From Calditrichia bacterium (lineage in GTDB: Bacteria > Calditrichota > Calditrichia > JAJRVZ01), in the NCBI GenBank assembly GCA_963796965.1, contig CAWCNS010000011.1, positions 512,001 through 576,000 of the forward strand: a stretch of 64,000 bases of DNA, in the 5' to 3' direction. This document shows, in pieces, positions 1 through 9,472 of this stretch. The position numbers and the translations under genes are program-made. The notes beneath the pieces were generated by a model. It was not told the origin of the DNA. It made no database searches and was given only the letters and a program-made list of their open reading frames with translations. The number at the start of each line of letters is the position of its first letter. Position 1 is the first letter of the stretch.

Positions 1-489
1 CGTTTTCGTGAGGACTTGTATTATCGGTTAAATGTTTTTCCTATCAACCTTCCCCCATTACGCCATCGACGTGATGATATTCCTGATCTGATTGATCATT
101 TTGTTCGAAAATATTCAAAAAAAATTGGCAAGAAGATAAATGGTATTAAGTCGGACGCACTTAAAATGCTTACAATCGCACCATTTAAGGGAAATATCCG
201 CGAACTTGAAAATGAGGTAGAAAGAATAATAACATTAGCCGATGATAACTCAGAAATTACGCCGGACCTGCTATCTCCAAGATTTCACTCAATTGATGAC
301 AATAAAGTAATTATTTCAGAGTCAAACTCGCTTAAAGAAAGAGTGGAAAACCTTGAAAGAACGATGATTTTAAAAACACTTCGAGATACCGGGGGCAATA
401 TCTTACGCGCAGCAGAAATCCTACATCTAAGTAGGGCCGGCCTACATAAGAAATTAAACCGCTACCAAATCGATCCCAAAAATATGTAA
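1..489 (+). CDS. Sigma54-dependent transcriptional activator (bEBP), C-terminal part; truncated at window edge
   Basis: Frame 1 reads [23 protein letters not shown], then [12 protein letters not shown], and ends in a Fis-type HTH ([21 protein letters not shown]). Confidence 0.95.
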   Translation, partial: RFREDLYYRLNVFPINLPPLRHRRDDIPDLIDHFVRKYSKKIGKKINGIKSDALKMLTIAPFKGNIRELENEVERIITLADDNSEITPDLLSPRFHSIDDNKVIISESNSLKERVENLERTMILKTLRDTGGNILRAAEILHLSRAGLHKKLNRYQIDPKNM

Positions 490-625
490 ACTTCGTAGAC
501 ATATACTGTATACTTTGTTTACTTTTTTATCTCTCTTCTCTTTTCTCTCTTCTTTATCACAGTACATCTATATACTTTATTAACAACAGGTTACCGAATT
601 AAAAAATATTCTGGCCCAATAGTTG
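485..625 (+). promoter_or_regulatory. Candidate sigma54 promoter with tandem upstream activator sites and an IHF-like site
   Basis: TGTAAAC-TTC-GTAGACA (485-501) and TGTATAC-TTT-GTTTACT (507-523), 22 bp apart; TAACAACAGGTTA (581-593) has 1 mismatch to WATCAANNNNTTR; TGGCCCAATAGTTGT (612-626) matches TGGCACG-N4-TTGC spacing with GT at -12. Confidence 0.65.
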
Positions 626-662
626 TAATAGTATATATTGAAGTAAGAGGAGAGGTGAAAAA

Positions 663-1706
663 ATGAAACAGTCCAAATTATTTACTAGCATAGTTTTCGT
701 AGTCTTAATGCTCGGTTTAACCAGTTGTTATACACAATTGGGTTATGTTACCAAGGAGCAGGCCTACGAGGAATACCAGGATAATCCTGAGTTGTATGAG
801 GAGGCCATCGAAGAGTACGAAGCTAACCATGTAATCGTACAGCGGCATATTTACGTTCCTTCTGTTTATCATCCGACCTACGTCTATTTTGATCCTTATG
901 ACGCATGGTATTATGAGCCAGGTTTCCATTTTACAATTGGATACTACACCGGACCGGCCTATATCTATTCAGGTGCTTATTTTTGTTATCCACCGGTTCA
1001 CTATCCCCATTATTATCCACCATACCATTATCCCTATCCAGTCTATGGGCATCCAGTTTGGGTCGGAGGTGGACATTACGGGCCACGTTACGGATATAAT
1101 CCTCCAGTGATGAAGCGTAGAGGGTTTGCCCGTCGCGGGGATCGTGTTCTCGCTGGCAGTAGCGAACCACTTAAACGACGTGGATCAGGCAATTCCGGTC
1201 AATTGACACGCCGAACCAATACAAATGCCCCTTCAAGTGGAAATACCGATGACGGTCGCAGACGGATAGATAAACGTCGTACAACATATTTTGGACCTGA
1301 CAACACATATTATACTCGTAACAGGAGTGAAAAACGCACAAAATCAACCTATACAAAAAAATCAACCAATGAAGAACGCCGAAATACCAATTCAAGGAAT
1401 CGGAAAACTTATACGTCCAATGGATCAAAAAAATCAAACTCCAGTTACAAAAAACCGACATCTAAACGTTCGGGTGAATCTTCAAAAAAGCGCGTCTCAC
1501 GCTCTTCAACCAAAAAGTCTACACCTACTGTATCGCCAAGTCGTTCATCGGGAAATACGCGCTCAAGATCAACACGAAGCAGTGGAACAAGTGTCCGTAG
1601 TTCTGGAGGATCCTCCAAATCAAGCTCAGGTGGAGGATCGCGGTCAAGTTCCGGTGGCAGTAGTCGTTCAAGTTCCAGCAGCTCAGGCAAATCGAGAAGG
1701 CGTTAA
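663..1706 (+). CDS. Lipoprotein with Tyr/Pro/His-rich middle and Arg/Ser/Lys/Thr-rich disordered tail
   Basis: RBS GAGGTG; lipobox LTSC after a hydrophobic stretch; strong compositional bias; co-oriented with the FadL-like gene. Confidence 0.85.
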   Translation: MKQSKLFTSIVFVVLMLGLTSCYTQLGYVTKEQAYEEYQDNPELYEEAIEEYEANHVIVQRHIYVPSVYHPTYVYFDPYDAWYYEPGFHFTIGYYTGPAYIYSGAYFCYPPVHYPHYYPPYHYPYPVYGHPVWVGGGHYGPRYGYNPPVMKRRGFARRGDRVLAGSSEPLKRRGSGNSGQLTRRTNTNAPSSGNTDDGRRRIDKRRTTYFGPDNTYYTRNRSEKRTKSTYTKKSTNEERRNTNSRNRKTYTSNGSKKSNSSYKKPTSKRSGESSKKRVSRSSTKKSTPTVSPSRSSGNTRSRSTRSSGTSVRSSGGSSKSSSGGGSRSSSGGSSRSSSSSSGKSRRR

Positions 1707-1754
1707 TGTGTATTATCTTTCAAAGCATCTGATAGATAAAAGAGGAGGGATAAA

Positions 1755-3131
1755 ATGAAAAATCTAATAAAAAACATAATCATCGTCGTAATACTAACCG
1801 GACTAACATCTGCCCAAACACCTCAGGAAGCAGTAAACTTTATGTATGATGAGGAAGGGGTTGGTATAAAAGCACAGTCCATGGGAAATGCCTTTGTTGG
1901 TTTGGCAAATGATTATAGCGCCATCTACTGGAATCCTGCAGGATTAACGACTTTAGAACAAAGTGAAATCGCAGGTAGTTTGTATCATCTAAAATTCAAC
2001 AATGAGGCCACCTATGTAGGTAATTCAACTCCGGATAATCGTAATTTTACAAAACTTCATTCTCTGGGATTGGCTTATAAATTCCCCACAACGCAAGGTA
2101 GTTTTGTTTTAGCATTCGGATATAACAGATTTAAGAACTATGATGATTTTCTATACTTCTCTGGTTTCAGTGCTGACAGCATAGATCTGGGATTTGATTT
2201 AGATGATGATGAGGGCAACATGAGCTATTACCCTTACGACCGCAATGTATTGAGGACTCAGGAAATCAGCCAGGATGGAAACTTGGGCGCCTGGTCGATC
2301 GGTGGAGGCATTCAACTTTCTCCTCGCCTGGCTCTCGGTCTGACAATCGATTTTTTCTCAGGAAAAAGCCAGTACCTGATGGATTTCTATCAGGATGATG
2401 TAGATAACAACTACAATCAATACCCGGCGGATTATGACTCTTATGAGTTACATGACCAAATTACGTCCCGCTTTAGTGGTTGGGGCGCCAAGGTAGGTGC
2501 CATGTTTCACCTGACCGAACATTTGAGAGCCGGTGTTACTGTTGATCTTCCACGTTCACTCATTATCCATGAGACCTATTCGACTACAGATGTGCTGTTT
2601 TTTGATGACGGATATGGTGATGAGGCCGAATTGGCTTCTGGTGAGTGGGAATATGTTGTCAAATATCCCTATAAATTCTCAGGTGGTGCATCACTCGATA
2701 TGGGTCCCTTTACTTTTGCCGGATCATTTGAATACCGGGACTGGACACAAACGGAGTTTGAAGTTCCCGACGACCAAATGCTTTCTGAAGATTATCAAAG
2801 CCTGATAGATGACAACAGATTTTTTGCTCAGGAATTCCGCCCAACATTCGGTTACTCCGCCGGTGGCGAATTTCGTCTCCCGGGAACAGGTATTGCCCTA
2901 AGGGGTGGTTATCGTATCCAACCATCACCGATCATTTTTGCCGATGAGATATTAGACCGCGAATATATAAGTGCTGGTATCGGCTATAATTTTGATGGTA
3001 ATACAGTTTTTAACTTCGGCTATACGGTAGGTACCTGGAAAAAGTTTAGTTATGATTCCTATACCCCATCCGGAACCTCCGAAAATATTAAGTCGGAGCG
3101 CTTCATGGCTGGTATAACTTTCCGGATTTAA
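1755..3131 (+). CDS. OmpP1/FadL-family outer-membrane beta-barrel
   Basis: Signal peptide; N-terminal MGNAFVGLANDYSAIYWNPAGL motif; C-terminal aromatic beta-strand (AGITFRI). Confidence 0.85.
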   Translation: MKNLIKNIIIVVILTGLTSAQTPQEAVNFMYDEEGVGIKAQSMGNAFVGLANDYSAIYWNPAGLTTLEQSEIAGSLYHLKFNNEATYVGNSTPDNRNFTKLHSLGLAYKFPTTQGSFVLAFGYNRFKNYDDFLYFSGFSADSIDLGFDLDDDEGNMSYYPYDRNVLRTQEISQDGNLGAWSIGGGIQLSPRLALGLTIDFFSGKSQYLMDFYQDDVDNNYNQYPADYDSYELHDQITSRFSGWGAKVGAMFHLTEHLRAGVTVDLPRSLIIHETYSTTDVLFFDDGYGDEAELASGEWEYVVKYPYKFSGGASLDMGPFTFAGSFEYRDWTQTEFEVPDDQMLSEDYQSLIDDNRFFAQEFRPTFGYSAGGEFRLPGTGIALRGGYRIQPSPIIFADEILDREYISAGIGYNFDGNTVFNFGYTVGTWKKFSYDSYTPSGTSENIKSERFMAGITFRI

Positions 3132-3172
3132 CAGTGGATAGAATGAAGTTATTAAAGAATAAGCAGATATAC

Positions 3173-3204
3173 CTGAAGATACGCGATTAATCGCGTATCT
3201 TCAG
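3173..3204. repeat. Perfect 32-bp palindrome (REP-like)
   Basis: CTGAAGATACGCGATT|AATCGCGTATCTTCAG is an exact inverted repeat with no spacer. Confidence 0.9.
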
Positions 3205-3278
3205 AAACTTAATAGATTAGGAAACTAAAAAGTAATTGACACTTTATCATTCAAAACGAGGCTAGTAAAATGTATCAC

Positions 3279-3376
3279 GGGACATCTTCTCGATATCCCA
3301 TCCTCCTTCACCCCCCCACCACCCACCCATAGGTCCAGAGAGCATCCGGCCGGTGCGCGTGCCGGATGCTCTTTTC
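3279..3376 (+). ncRNA. Candidate ~100-nt small RNA
   Basis: TAAAAT -10-like box at 3266-3271; 5' hairpin GGGACATC/GATATCCC; C-rich linker containing TCCTCCT; 3' intrinsic terminator; no ORF. Confidence 0.45.
3339..3376 (+). terminator. Intrinsic terminator
   Basis: 12-bp stem AGAGCATCCGGC/GCCGGATGCTCT, 10-nt loop, followed by TTTCTT. Confidence 0.8.
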
Positions 3377-3456
3377 TTAATACATCACTTTCCCTTTGCC
3401 AACCTATCGTTAATTTTGTACCTTAGACTGTAAGTGCTATTTTATGGGCACATAGT

Positions 3457-3690
3457 ATGTCTTCGCCTCCCTCAAATTTGAAAAGAATCATCTCTTTCGA
3501 CATCGTACTCCTCTTAATTGGAATGGTAGGGATATTTCATATCATATTAAGAACTGGCTTTAATCCCTATAACCAGTTAGAACTGTCATCCTTTAAATCA
3601 GGTGGTATGGATATTTATCTTCTGATAAACCGAAGTACCGTTTATATTACAGTCGTGAGTCTTTTGCTTGGATTTGCATTTAACTTTTAA
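3457..3690 (+). CDS. Possible small two-TM membrane protein
   Basis: 77-aa ORF with two hydrophobic segments; TTGCCA-17-TACCTT promoter-like element at 3396-3424; stop lies 4 nt before the next ATG; no recognisable family. Confidence 0.3.
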   Translation: MSSPPSNLKRIISFDIVLLLIGMVGIFHIILRTGFNPYNQLELSSFKSGGMDIYLLINRSTVYITVVSLLLGFAFNF

Positions 3691-3694
3691 TGAT

Positions 3695-4919
3695 ATGAAA
3701 TTTTTATTAGTTAATATATTACTCATTGCAGTAATAATGCATTCTTCATCTTCTGTTGCAGATGAATATTTTATGGCCAAAGCCGATAATAATCCACCTG
3801 CTTGGGGAGATTTAAAAGAAAGCAATTATCCCTTATCGTCTGAGAGTCAGGATGCAAGTTCTCCTCAAAACCGAGAGGAAAAAGATACTAATAAGCGCGC
3901 TGATGCGGACTCAATTCCTTCAAAAATAGAACCACTTCCCTTTCTCTCATATGATTCGAATACAGGCATAGGATTTGGGGTAAAGGCCTTCTTTTTGAAT
4001 TTACTAAAATTGAAAGAATCATTTGATCTCATTATTTTTATGAGCACTTTAGGAGAAAGATGGATTAGCTTTGTAATATCTGTTCCTGACTTTGAGCTAC
4101 GTCAAGGTACGATATATCCACTTTCCTTAGACGTTCTCCTCGATTATGACAAATGGATAGCCTATAACTATTTTGGTATCGGCAATAATTCAAAATACGA
4201 AAATCGGGAAAACTATACACGCGAGTTAAGAGAAGTGCGGACAACCTTTTCCCGTGGATTTACCCCATCATTTGTCGGTCAGATTGCTCTAAAATATGGT
4301 AGAATCGAAAGCTGGGGATTCGAGTCTGAAGGAGATCTCATTCAACTTCCTCCTACAAAAAACTTTCCTCTGATCGAATATATGTCTGTATATATAAATT
4401 TTAGATATGATAAAAGAGATAGGCTATATTCATCCTACCCATGGCACCGTAATCCAGACTGATTTCGAATGGGCTCCAGGTAAAAGCACTGGAAATATGC
4501 CTTTTAAACGCTGGTCTGTTTGGTTTCAATATTACAAACAAATATTTTTCCCTCAAACAATTTTAGCAATGCGTTTTGGTCTTAAGAATATCACTGGGGA
4601 TGATCTTCCGGTACAAATGTTAATCCCCTTGGGCGGGAATCGAACATTACGTGGCTATTCTATGGGCAGATTTATTGATAAAACGGCCGGTCTACTAAAT
4701 ATAGAGCTGCGTTTGCCGATTTATGGCCGTCTGGGGGGTCTTTTAGGTGCCGATGCCGGACGCGTATGGCATTCACCTGAATACTTAGACCTATCTGATT
4801 GGCATTCCAATCTTGTGGTCGGATTGCGATATTATCTGGATACTTATCTTGTACGGGTTGATTTCGGAATTAGCAAAGAAATGCTGGGAATTTATTTTAA
4901 TTTTAATCATATTTTTTAG
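3695..4919 (+). CDS. BamA/TamA (Omp85) surface-antigen-domain protein without POTRA domains; one frameshift near 4422
   Basis: Signal peptide from ATG 3695; PFLSYDSNTGIGFG; YDKRD(S)YIHPTHG across the break; LGGNRTLRGY; GLRY; terminal HIF. Joins ORFs 3668-4462 and 4407-4919. Confidence 0.8.
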
Positions 4920-5189
4920 TATATTAGCCAGAATTATTCATGTTTTGGTTGATCCAAAGGCCAAATAAATGATGGATCAATGGATATTGAGGGGGAATTG
5001 TTCATTTGGAAACCAATCTGTAGCTAACCAAAATAATTCCAAGATAATAATTATCTGAAAATTAATCATTTTGTTGTATTAGTTTGTCTTGGTCTTGCTT
5101 CATGCCTCCCTGTTAGTTGATTCAAGAACAAAAACACCTAAATTAAACAGATACTAATATTCAAAAGGATAAAGTAAGAGGAGTTATTT

Positions 5190-6404
5190 ATGGCGAGCGC
5201 ATCTGTTCCTATTGCTGAACCAACCGGACGCTATTCGATGAATTGGATTGTAAATAAAAAAGCCGATCTAATCCTATTTATTGGAGGAGCAATAACCGGT
5301 TATCTTATGTTTTTCTTACATGCCGGGTTGCATTTAAACATGCTGATGGTCTGGTTTATTTGGGTGGTTTTGATTGATACACCCCATTTTTATAGCACTT
5401 ACCTGAGAACTTATTTTGATAGGGAAGAATATCAAGCACGGAAGAAATTATTATTAGGCAGCCTTTCCTGGTTACTGGTCGGACCTGCTCTAATAGGTTT
5501 ATCATATTTATTATATCTAGCCGGAATTGGTATTTATATAGCCCCTTTCGTTTTATTTGTAATCTTTTTTAATCTCTGGGCGTATTGGCACGTGGTTCGG
5601 CAACATTATGGAATTCTTGCACTCTATAAAAGGAAAAACAGCGATTTTGGGGATGTTGATACAAAAATTGATAAATATTTACTTTATGGCGGCTTAATTG
5701 CCCCCTTCCTCACCTTTGCCATCAGACATCCGGAGGCGAGAGCTCTTTTTGGTTTAAATCCTGAATTTCCACCCTATCCAACGGCTTCAGTATTTAGCTC
5801 TTCATTTTTTGCACAAATGCACTGGGAGCATGCGCTCGTATATTTATCTGTTACGTTTATGATTGTTATTTTAAGCATTTTTATTGGGCGTCAGGTACAG
5901 TTATGGAAAGCAGGACAGCCCTTGAATATGCCAAAAATATTCTTTTTCACCGCCCTTATCCCGCTTTATGCTTATATCAATTATAGCCCTGCAGTCCTAA
6001 CCGCCCCATTAATTGCTTTTACCGCTTTTGTTACAATTTATCATGATGTACAGTATCATGCGATCGTCTGGTTTTATAGTCAAAACAGATATCATCGTCC
6101 GGGTGTGGATAAAAAGAAATATGGTTTGGCTGTAACTCTGAGTAAAAATTTTGGTATCTATGCGTTAGCTGGTATTGCTATGGCCGCCCTACTTCGCGTT
6201 ACGGGCAGCATCTTTGACGTTACACCCGGACTTGATCCATTAGTGAAAACCAGTCAGATTACATTGTTTGGAGATGTCACACTTTCTGCCTTGTTTCTCA
6301 GTATTGTGATTGGTATTCCTATGCATCATTACTTTGTTGATCAATTTATCTGGCGACCAAGTAAGGATAGAGAACTAAGGGAAGATCTGAAGATTCAGAA
6401 ATAA
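5190..6404 (+). CDS. Polytopic membrane protein with several conserved-looking His motifs, function unknown
   Basis: RBS GAGGAG; about 9-10 hydrophobic helices; PHFYSTY, WHVVRQHYG, YHDVQYH, MHHYFVDQFIW. Confidence 0.8.
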   Translation: MASASVPIAEPTGRYSMNWIVNKKADLILFIGGAITGYLMFFLHAGLHLNMLMVWFIWVVLIDTPHFYSTYLRTYFDREEYQARKKLLLGSLSWLLVGPALIGLSYLLYLAGIGIYIAPFVLFVIFFNLWAYWHVVRQHYGILALYKRKNSDFGDVDTKIDKYLLYGGLIAPFLTFAIRHPEARALFGLNPEFPPYPTASVFSSSFFAQMHWEHALVYLSVTFMIVILSIFIGRQVQLWKAGQPLNMPKIFFFTALIPLYAYINYSPAVLTAPLIAFTAFVTIYHDVQYHAIVWFYSQNRYHRPGVDKKKYGLAVTLSKNFGIYALAGIAMAALLRVTGSIFDVTPGLDPLVKTSQITLFGDVTLSALFLSIVIGIPMHHYFVDQFIWRPSKDRELREDLKIQK

Positions 6405-6637
6405 GTAGCTTCGGGAACATTTCTTGTTTACCGCAAAGGCGCGAAGATGGACAAAGAAAACTAATCTCGCGCAGCGTCGCTACGACACAGCGTTTTTTTA
6501 ACAAAAAGACAAAAGAATTGAGAAAAAAGATATGTAATACTCAAGGTTTCTTTTTATTATCTTTTTTCTTTTTTCTTTTTTCTTTTTTTTTAAATATTTT
6601 CGCGTCTCTACGTTAAAAAGTTCTGATATTTTCTGAA

Positions 6638-7063
6638 TTAATATTCGCTGACCGGATTTATCTCATAGGAATGGGTTATTTCAACGGCTTTTTTCAACAT
6701 CGCCGATACTGAGCAGTATCTATCTTGAGACAAATTTATTGCCTTTTTAATATTTTCTTCTTTTAAATCATTTCCCCAAAACTTGTAAGTCAGATGAATT
6801 TTTGTATAAACTTTAGGATGTTCTTCCGCCACTTCAGCATCAATATCAATCTTAAAATCGGATATATTCTCACGCATTTTATTTAGAATTGAAGTCACAT
6901 CCGCCCCGGTACAACCACCTAATCCTATCAATACCAATTCTTTGGATCTTACAGCAGAATCACTTCCATTAAAATCAGCAGGACCATCCATCGGTATCCA
7001 ATGTCCACTATTTGATCTACCGACAAATGTTAATCCTCTTACCTGTAAAATTTCTGTGCTCAT
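6638..7063 (-). CDS. OsmC/YhfA-family protein
   Basis: ELVLIGLGGCTGADV and KAINLSQDRYCSVSAML two-Cys motifs; RBS AGGAG before ATG 7063. Confidence 0.9.
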   Translation of the reverse strand: MSTEILQVRGLTFVGRSNSGHWIPMDGPADFNGSDSAVRSKELVLIGLGGCTGADVTSILNKMRENISDFKIDIDAEVAEEHPKVYTKIHLTYKFWGNDLKEENIKKAINLSQDRYCSVSAMLKKAVEITHSYEINPVSEY

Positions 7064-7073
7064 TTGATATCTC

Positions 7074-7235
7074 CTATCTTCCATTCGCGAAAAGAATGCC
7101 AATTACGGCGAAATAAATCGTACTAATTTTTGGATTACAAAGGATGGGACATCCGTATTCAAAACGGGACATATATTTTCCAATCAAAAAACCAACTGCA
7201 GCTCCGGCTATTCCACCTATTATCATTGTAATCAT
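7074..7235 (-). CDS. 53-aa small membrane protein, DUF6132-like (absent from ORF track)
   Basis: Hand translation MITMIIGGIAGAAVGFLIGKYMSRFEYGCPILCNPKISTIYFAVIGILFANGR; RBS AGGAG; its stop overlaps the OsmC RBS. Confidence 0.75.
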   Translation of the reverse strand: MITMIIGGIAGAAVGFLIGKYMSRFEYGCPILCNPKISTIYFAVIGILFANGR

Positions 7236-7394
7236 TTCTTACTCCTGACGCTAAAGCTTTTTATAATTTACTGTGATACTTCTCTCACAAAAACATTTTG
7301 TTGGGGTATTGTGTGTCCTAAGTAATTTCAAGCCCCATTGAGCAACAAAATTCTTATATAAGTAGATGCTTGTTCTCACAAGAAGGGACAATTT

Positions 7395-8471
7395 CTATTC
7401 AAATTGATATATTTTTGTCTCCTCAACACCATTGAGAACCCGTAATGCACCCATCGCAAGAGCTTTCATCTCCTGTTCACCGGGTAGAATAAATACCCTG
7501 CCAATAAACTGAATTCTTTCTTTTACGAGCGATGTAAATTGTGAACTATTTGCTAACCCGCCGGTTAAAACAATCCCATCAACATTGCCATAGACAATCG
7601 TAGCAGCGGCTCCAATTTCTTTGGAAATTTGGTAGGCCATACTCTCATATACCAACTTTGCTTTTTGATCACCTTTGTCAATTTTTTCTTCTACAATTCT
7701 AATATCATGTGTACCTAAATAGGCCACCATCCCCCCATGTCCCTTTACTAACTTTTTCATTTCCTGGAGGGTATATTCACCGGAAAAACAGGCTTTTATC
7801 AAATCCCCGATTGGAACGCCCCCGCTACGCTCCGGACTAAACGGACCATCACCATCTAGACCATTGTTGACATCGACTACCCTACCCTGTGAATGACATC
7901 CAACCGTAATACCTCCACCCATGTGTGCAATAATTAAATTAATTTTTTCATAGGGTTTGTCCAACTGTTTAGCAACATCACGACCAACCGCTTTTTGATT
8001 TAAAGCATGAAAGATACTCTTACGCTCAATCAGAGGCATTCCTGAAATTTTTGCAACTTCATCCATTTCATCGACAACTACCGGATCGACAATATAGGCC
8101 TCACACCCTAATGACTTACTTATCGCATAGGCAATCAATCCACCACAATTAGAAGGGTGATCTCCCATCACCCCTCTTTTTAAGTCAGCAACCATTTGAT
8201 CATTTACAGTATAGGTACCTCCCTGAATCGGTCTGAGCAATCCACCCCTTCCAACCACAGCCTTAATGTTAGTTAAATCAATATTCCGTTCTCTTAAAAT
8301 GCGAATAATGATTTCCATCCGATAAAGATCCTGATCTGATGCTTTATTAAACCGGGCAAGGTCTTCGATCTTATGATGAATATTCTCAGTGAGAATCTCT
8401 TTGATATCACTAAACATGGAAATTTTAGTACTGGTTGAACCCGGATTTATTACAAGAATATTCTTTTGCAT
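7395..8471 (-). CDS. buk: Butyrate (branched-chain carboxylate) kinase
   Basis: ILVINPGSTSTKI, VGRGG, IFHALNQKA, HMGGGITVG, GPFSPERSG, LTGG motifs; alternative TTG start at 8483. Confidence 0.95.
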   Translation of the reverse strand: MQKNILVINPGSTSTKISMFSDIKEILTENIHHKIEDLARFNKASDQDLYRMEIIIRILRERNIDLTNIKAVVGRGGLLRPIQGGTYTVNDQMVADLKRGVMGDHPSNCGGLIAYAISKSLGCEAYIVDPVVVDEMDEVAKISGMPLIERKSIFHALNQKAVGRDVAKQLDKPYEKINLIIAHMGGGITVGCHSQGRVVDVNNGLDGDGPFSPERSGGVPIGDLIKACFSGEYTLQEMKKLVKGHGGMVAYLGTHDIRIVEEKIDKGDQKAKLVYESMAYQISKEIGAAATIVYGNVDGIVLTGGLANSSQFTSLVKERIQFIGRVFILPGEQEMKALAMGALRVLNGVEETKIYQFE

Positions 8472-8493
8472 ATTGTTTTCCAAAAACCCTCCC

Positions 8494-9398
8494 TTAACTG
8501 GCTTTAAGCGCACATAAAATAGACAGATACTTTGATTCCTCTGAATCTGCCCGCGAGGTCAAAACAATCGGCGCCTTTGGCACCGACAACGATTCCGGCG
8601 ACTTTTGCGTTACCCGATGATTGTCAATAACTTATAAAATACATTTCCAGTTTCAATATTCGGAACAATGCAAAGATCCGCATCACCACCCACCGGAGTT
8701 TTTAACCCTTTCACTTCGCATGATTGGAAAGACAACGCATTGTCTAGTGCTAAGGGACCATCAATGATGGCGTTTTTTATTTGTCCCCGATCGCCCATTT
8801 TAGCCAATATGGCCGCATCAGCAGTGGAGGGAATCTGTTCAGCATTTACTTTTTCAATGGCCGATATAATTGCCACTTTGGGTTTTTCATAGCCTAGATT
8901 TATCATGGCCTCAATGCATTTTCAGTAATCTGTACTTTGTCATGAATTGTTGGGGCTATATTCATTGCACCATCAGACATCATGAAAAGTTTATGATAGT
9001 TTGGACTTTCAAAGATGCCAAGATGGAGATAATATCTTCCCTGACCTCAATCCATTTTCTTTATCAAGTACTCCTTTAAAAAAATAGCTGTTGAGCATAA
9101 TCCTTTCATCAGGACCTGGGCATCGCCATTTTTTACAAAAGAGACAGCCATTCGATACAGAATTTTCTTCTCCCTTTGGGTGGGAACAATTTCATAGATT
9201 CTGAGAGTCAAGAGTACTTGCTCTAATAACAATGAATTTTTCTTTTCCATTCCCGGTTAAGACCGCCTGCGTAAATCCTTTTTTTCTGGCCTTTTCCAGG
9301 GCATTCAAATACCAGCATCTTCTGCCAGGGCCACGGCAATTTTCCGCGGCTTATCACTTCTCATCTTTTTCTTCAAGTGCTTTGAAATTTGATAGCAT
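8494..9398 (-). CDS. ptb: Phosphate butyryltransferase; several frameshifts
   Basis: Fragments read MLSNF..KIAVALAED, LMKGL, KPKVAIISAIEKVN, IIDGPLALDNALS, VPNIETGNVFYK, PIVLTSRADS; lies between ldh and buk. Confidence 0.85.
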
Positions 9399-9472
9399 TC
9401 TATATTCCTTTATCGATCTATATTAAAACTCTATGTAGCAAATATACAGTCGCATCGCTATAATCCACCACA

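Noticed and set aside
717..1758. Overlapping ORFs 717-929, 889-1110, 931-1170, 1171-1461, 1291-1758, 1445-1690
   Set aside because: Shadow frames of the low-complexity lipoprotein gene, with no RBS or family features
4920..5189. Structured leader upstream of the His-box membrane protein
   Set aside because: Only short AT-rich inverted repeats (e.g. TTGATCCA/TGGATCAA), as expected by chance; no recognisable motif
6425..6615. Mobile element between convergent genes
   Set aside because: Only short GC-rich repeat-like remnants (CGCAAAGGCGCGAAG, CGCGTCTCTACG) and A/T tracts; no terminal repeats, target duplication or transposase
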